DNA of 64,000 nt from Chiloscyllium plagiosum (lineage: Eukaryota). The notes under the pieces are model-generated. The model searched no databases. It was not told where the DNA came from and was given only the letters and a program-made list of their open reading frames with translations. The DNA lies in assembly GCF_004010195.1 (NCBI RefSeq), contig NC_057752.1:5521754-5585753 (forward strand), written 5' to 3'. The position numbers were made by a program, and so were the translations under genes. This document shows, in pieces, positions 63,828 through 64,000 of this stretch (position 1 is the first letter of the stretch; every line of letters starts with the position of its first letter).

Positions 63828-64000
63828 TTGGAGTATTGTGTGCAGTTTTAGGGCCTCATATTTCAGGAATGAAGTACTGGCCCTGGAGCACGCTCACAGG
63901 AGGCTCATGTGAATGGTCCCAGGAATGAGAAGTTTAACAAATGAGGAACGTTTGAGGACTCTGGGTTTATACTGTATGGAGTTTAGGAGGATGAGGAGGT
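63828..64000 (+). mobile_element. CR1-type fragment running off the window
   Basis: ttggagtattgtgtgcagtttt (LEYCVQF) ... EERLRTLGLYCMEFRRMR. Confidence 0.75.

Overview
Vertebrate genomic DNA, most likely from a shark. This is inferred from the repeats: HE1-type tRNA-derived SINEs, HER1/CR1 LINEs and Deu-domain SINEs. The window holds one complete + strand gene, PRKAG1 (AMP-activated protein kinase gamma-1 subunit, four CBS motifs), which I assembled by hand from 13 coding exons. The CDS spans 589..58670 and gives 1005 nt / 334 aa. The last intron appears to use a non-canonical GC donor, and read-through of it gives a different 339-aa C-terminus. Introns contain many decayed retroelements (CR1, Tx1-like, RTE, L2-like, SINEs), a TA-flanked mariner-type MITE and at least two families of Penelope-like element termini carrying decayed minimal hammerhead-ribozyme motifs, some as inverted repeats. 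Most of the supplied ORF track is repeat-derived or noise. No CRISPR array, rRNA or true tRNA gene is seen. All alignments were done by eye, so repeat boundaries are approximate.
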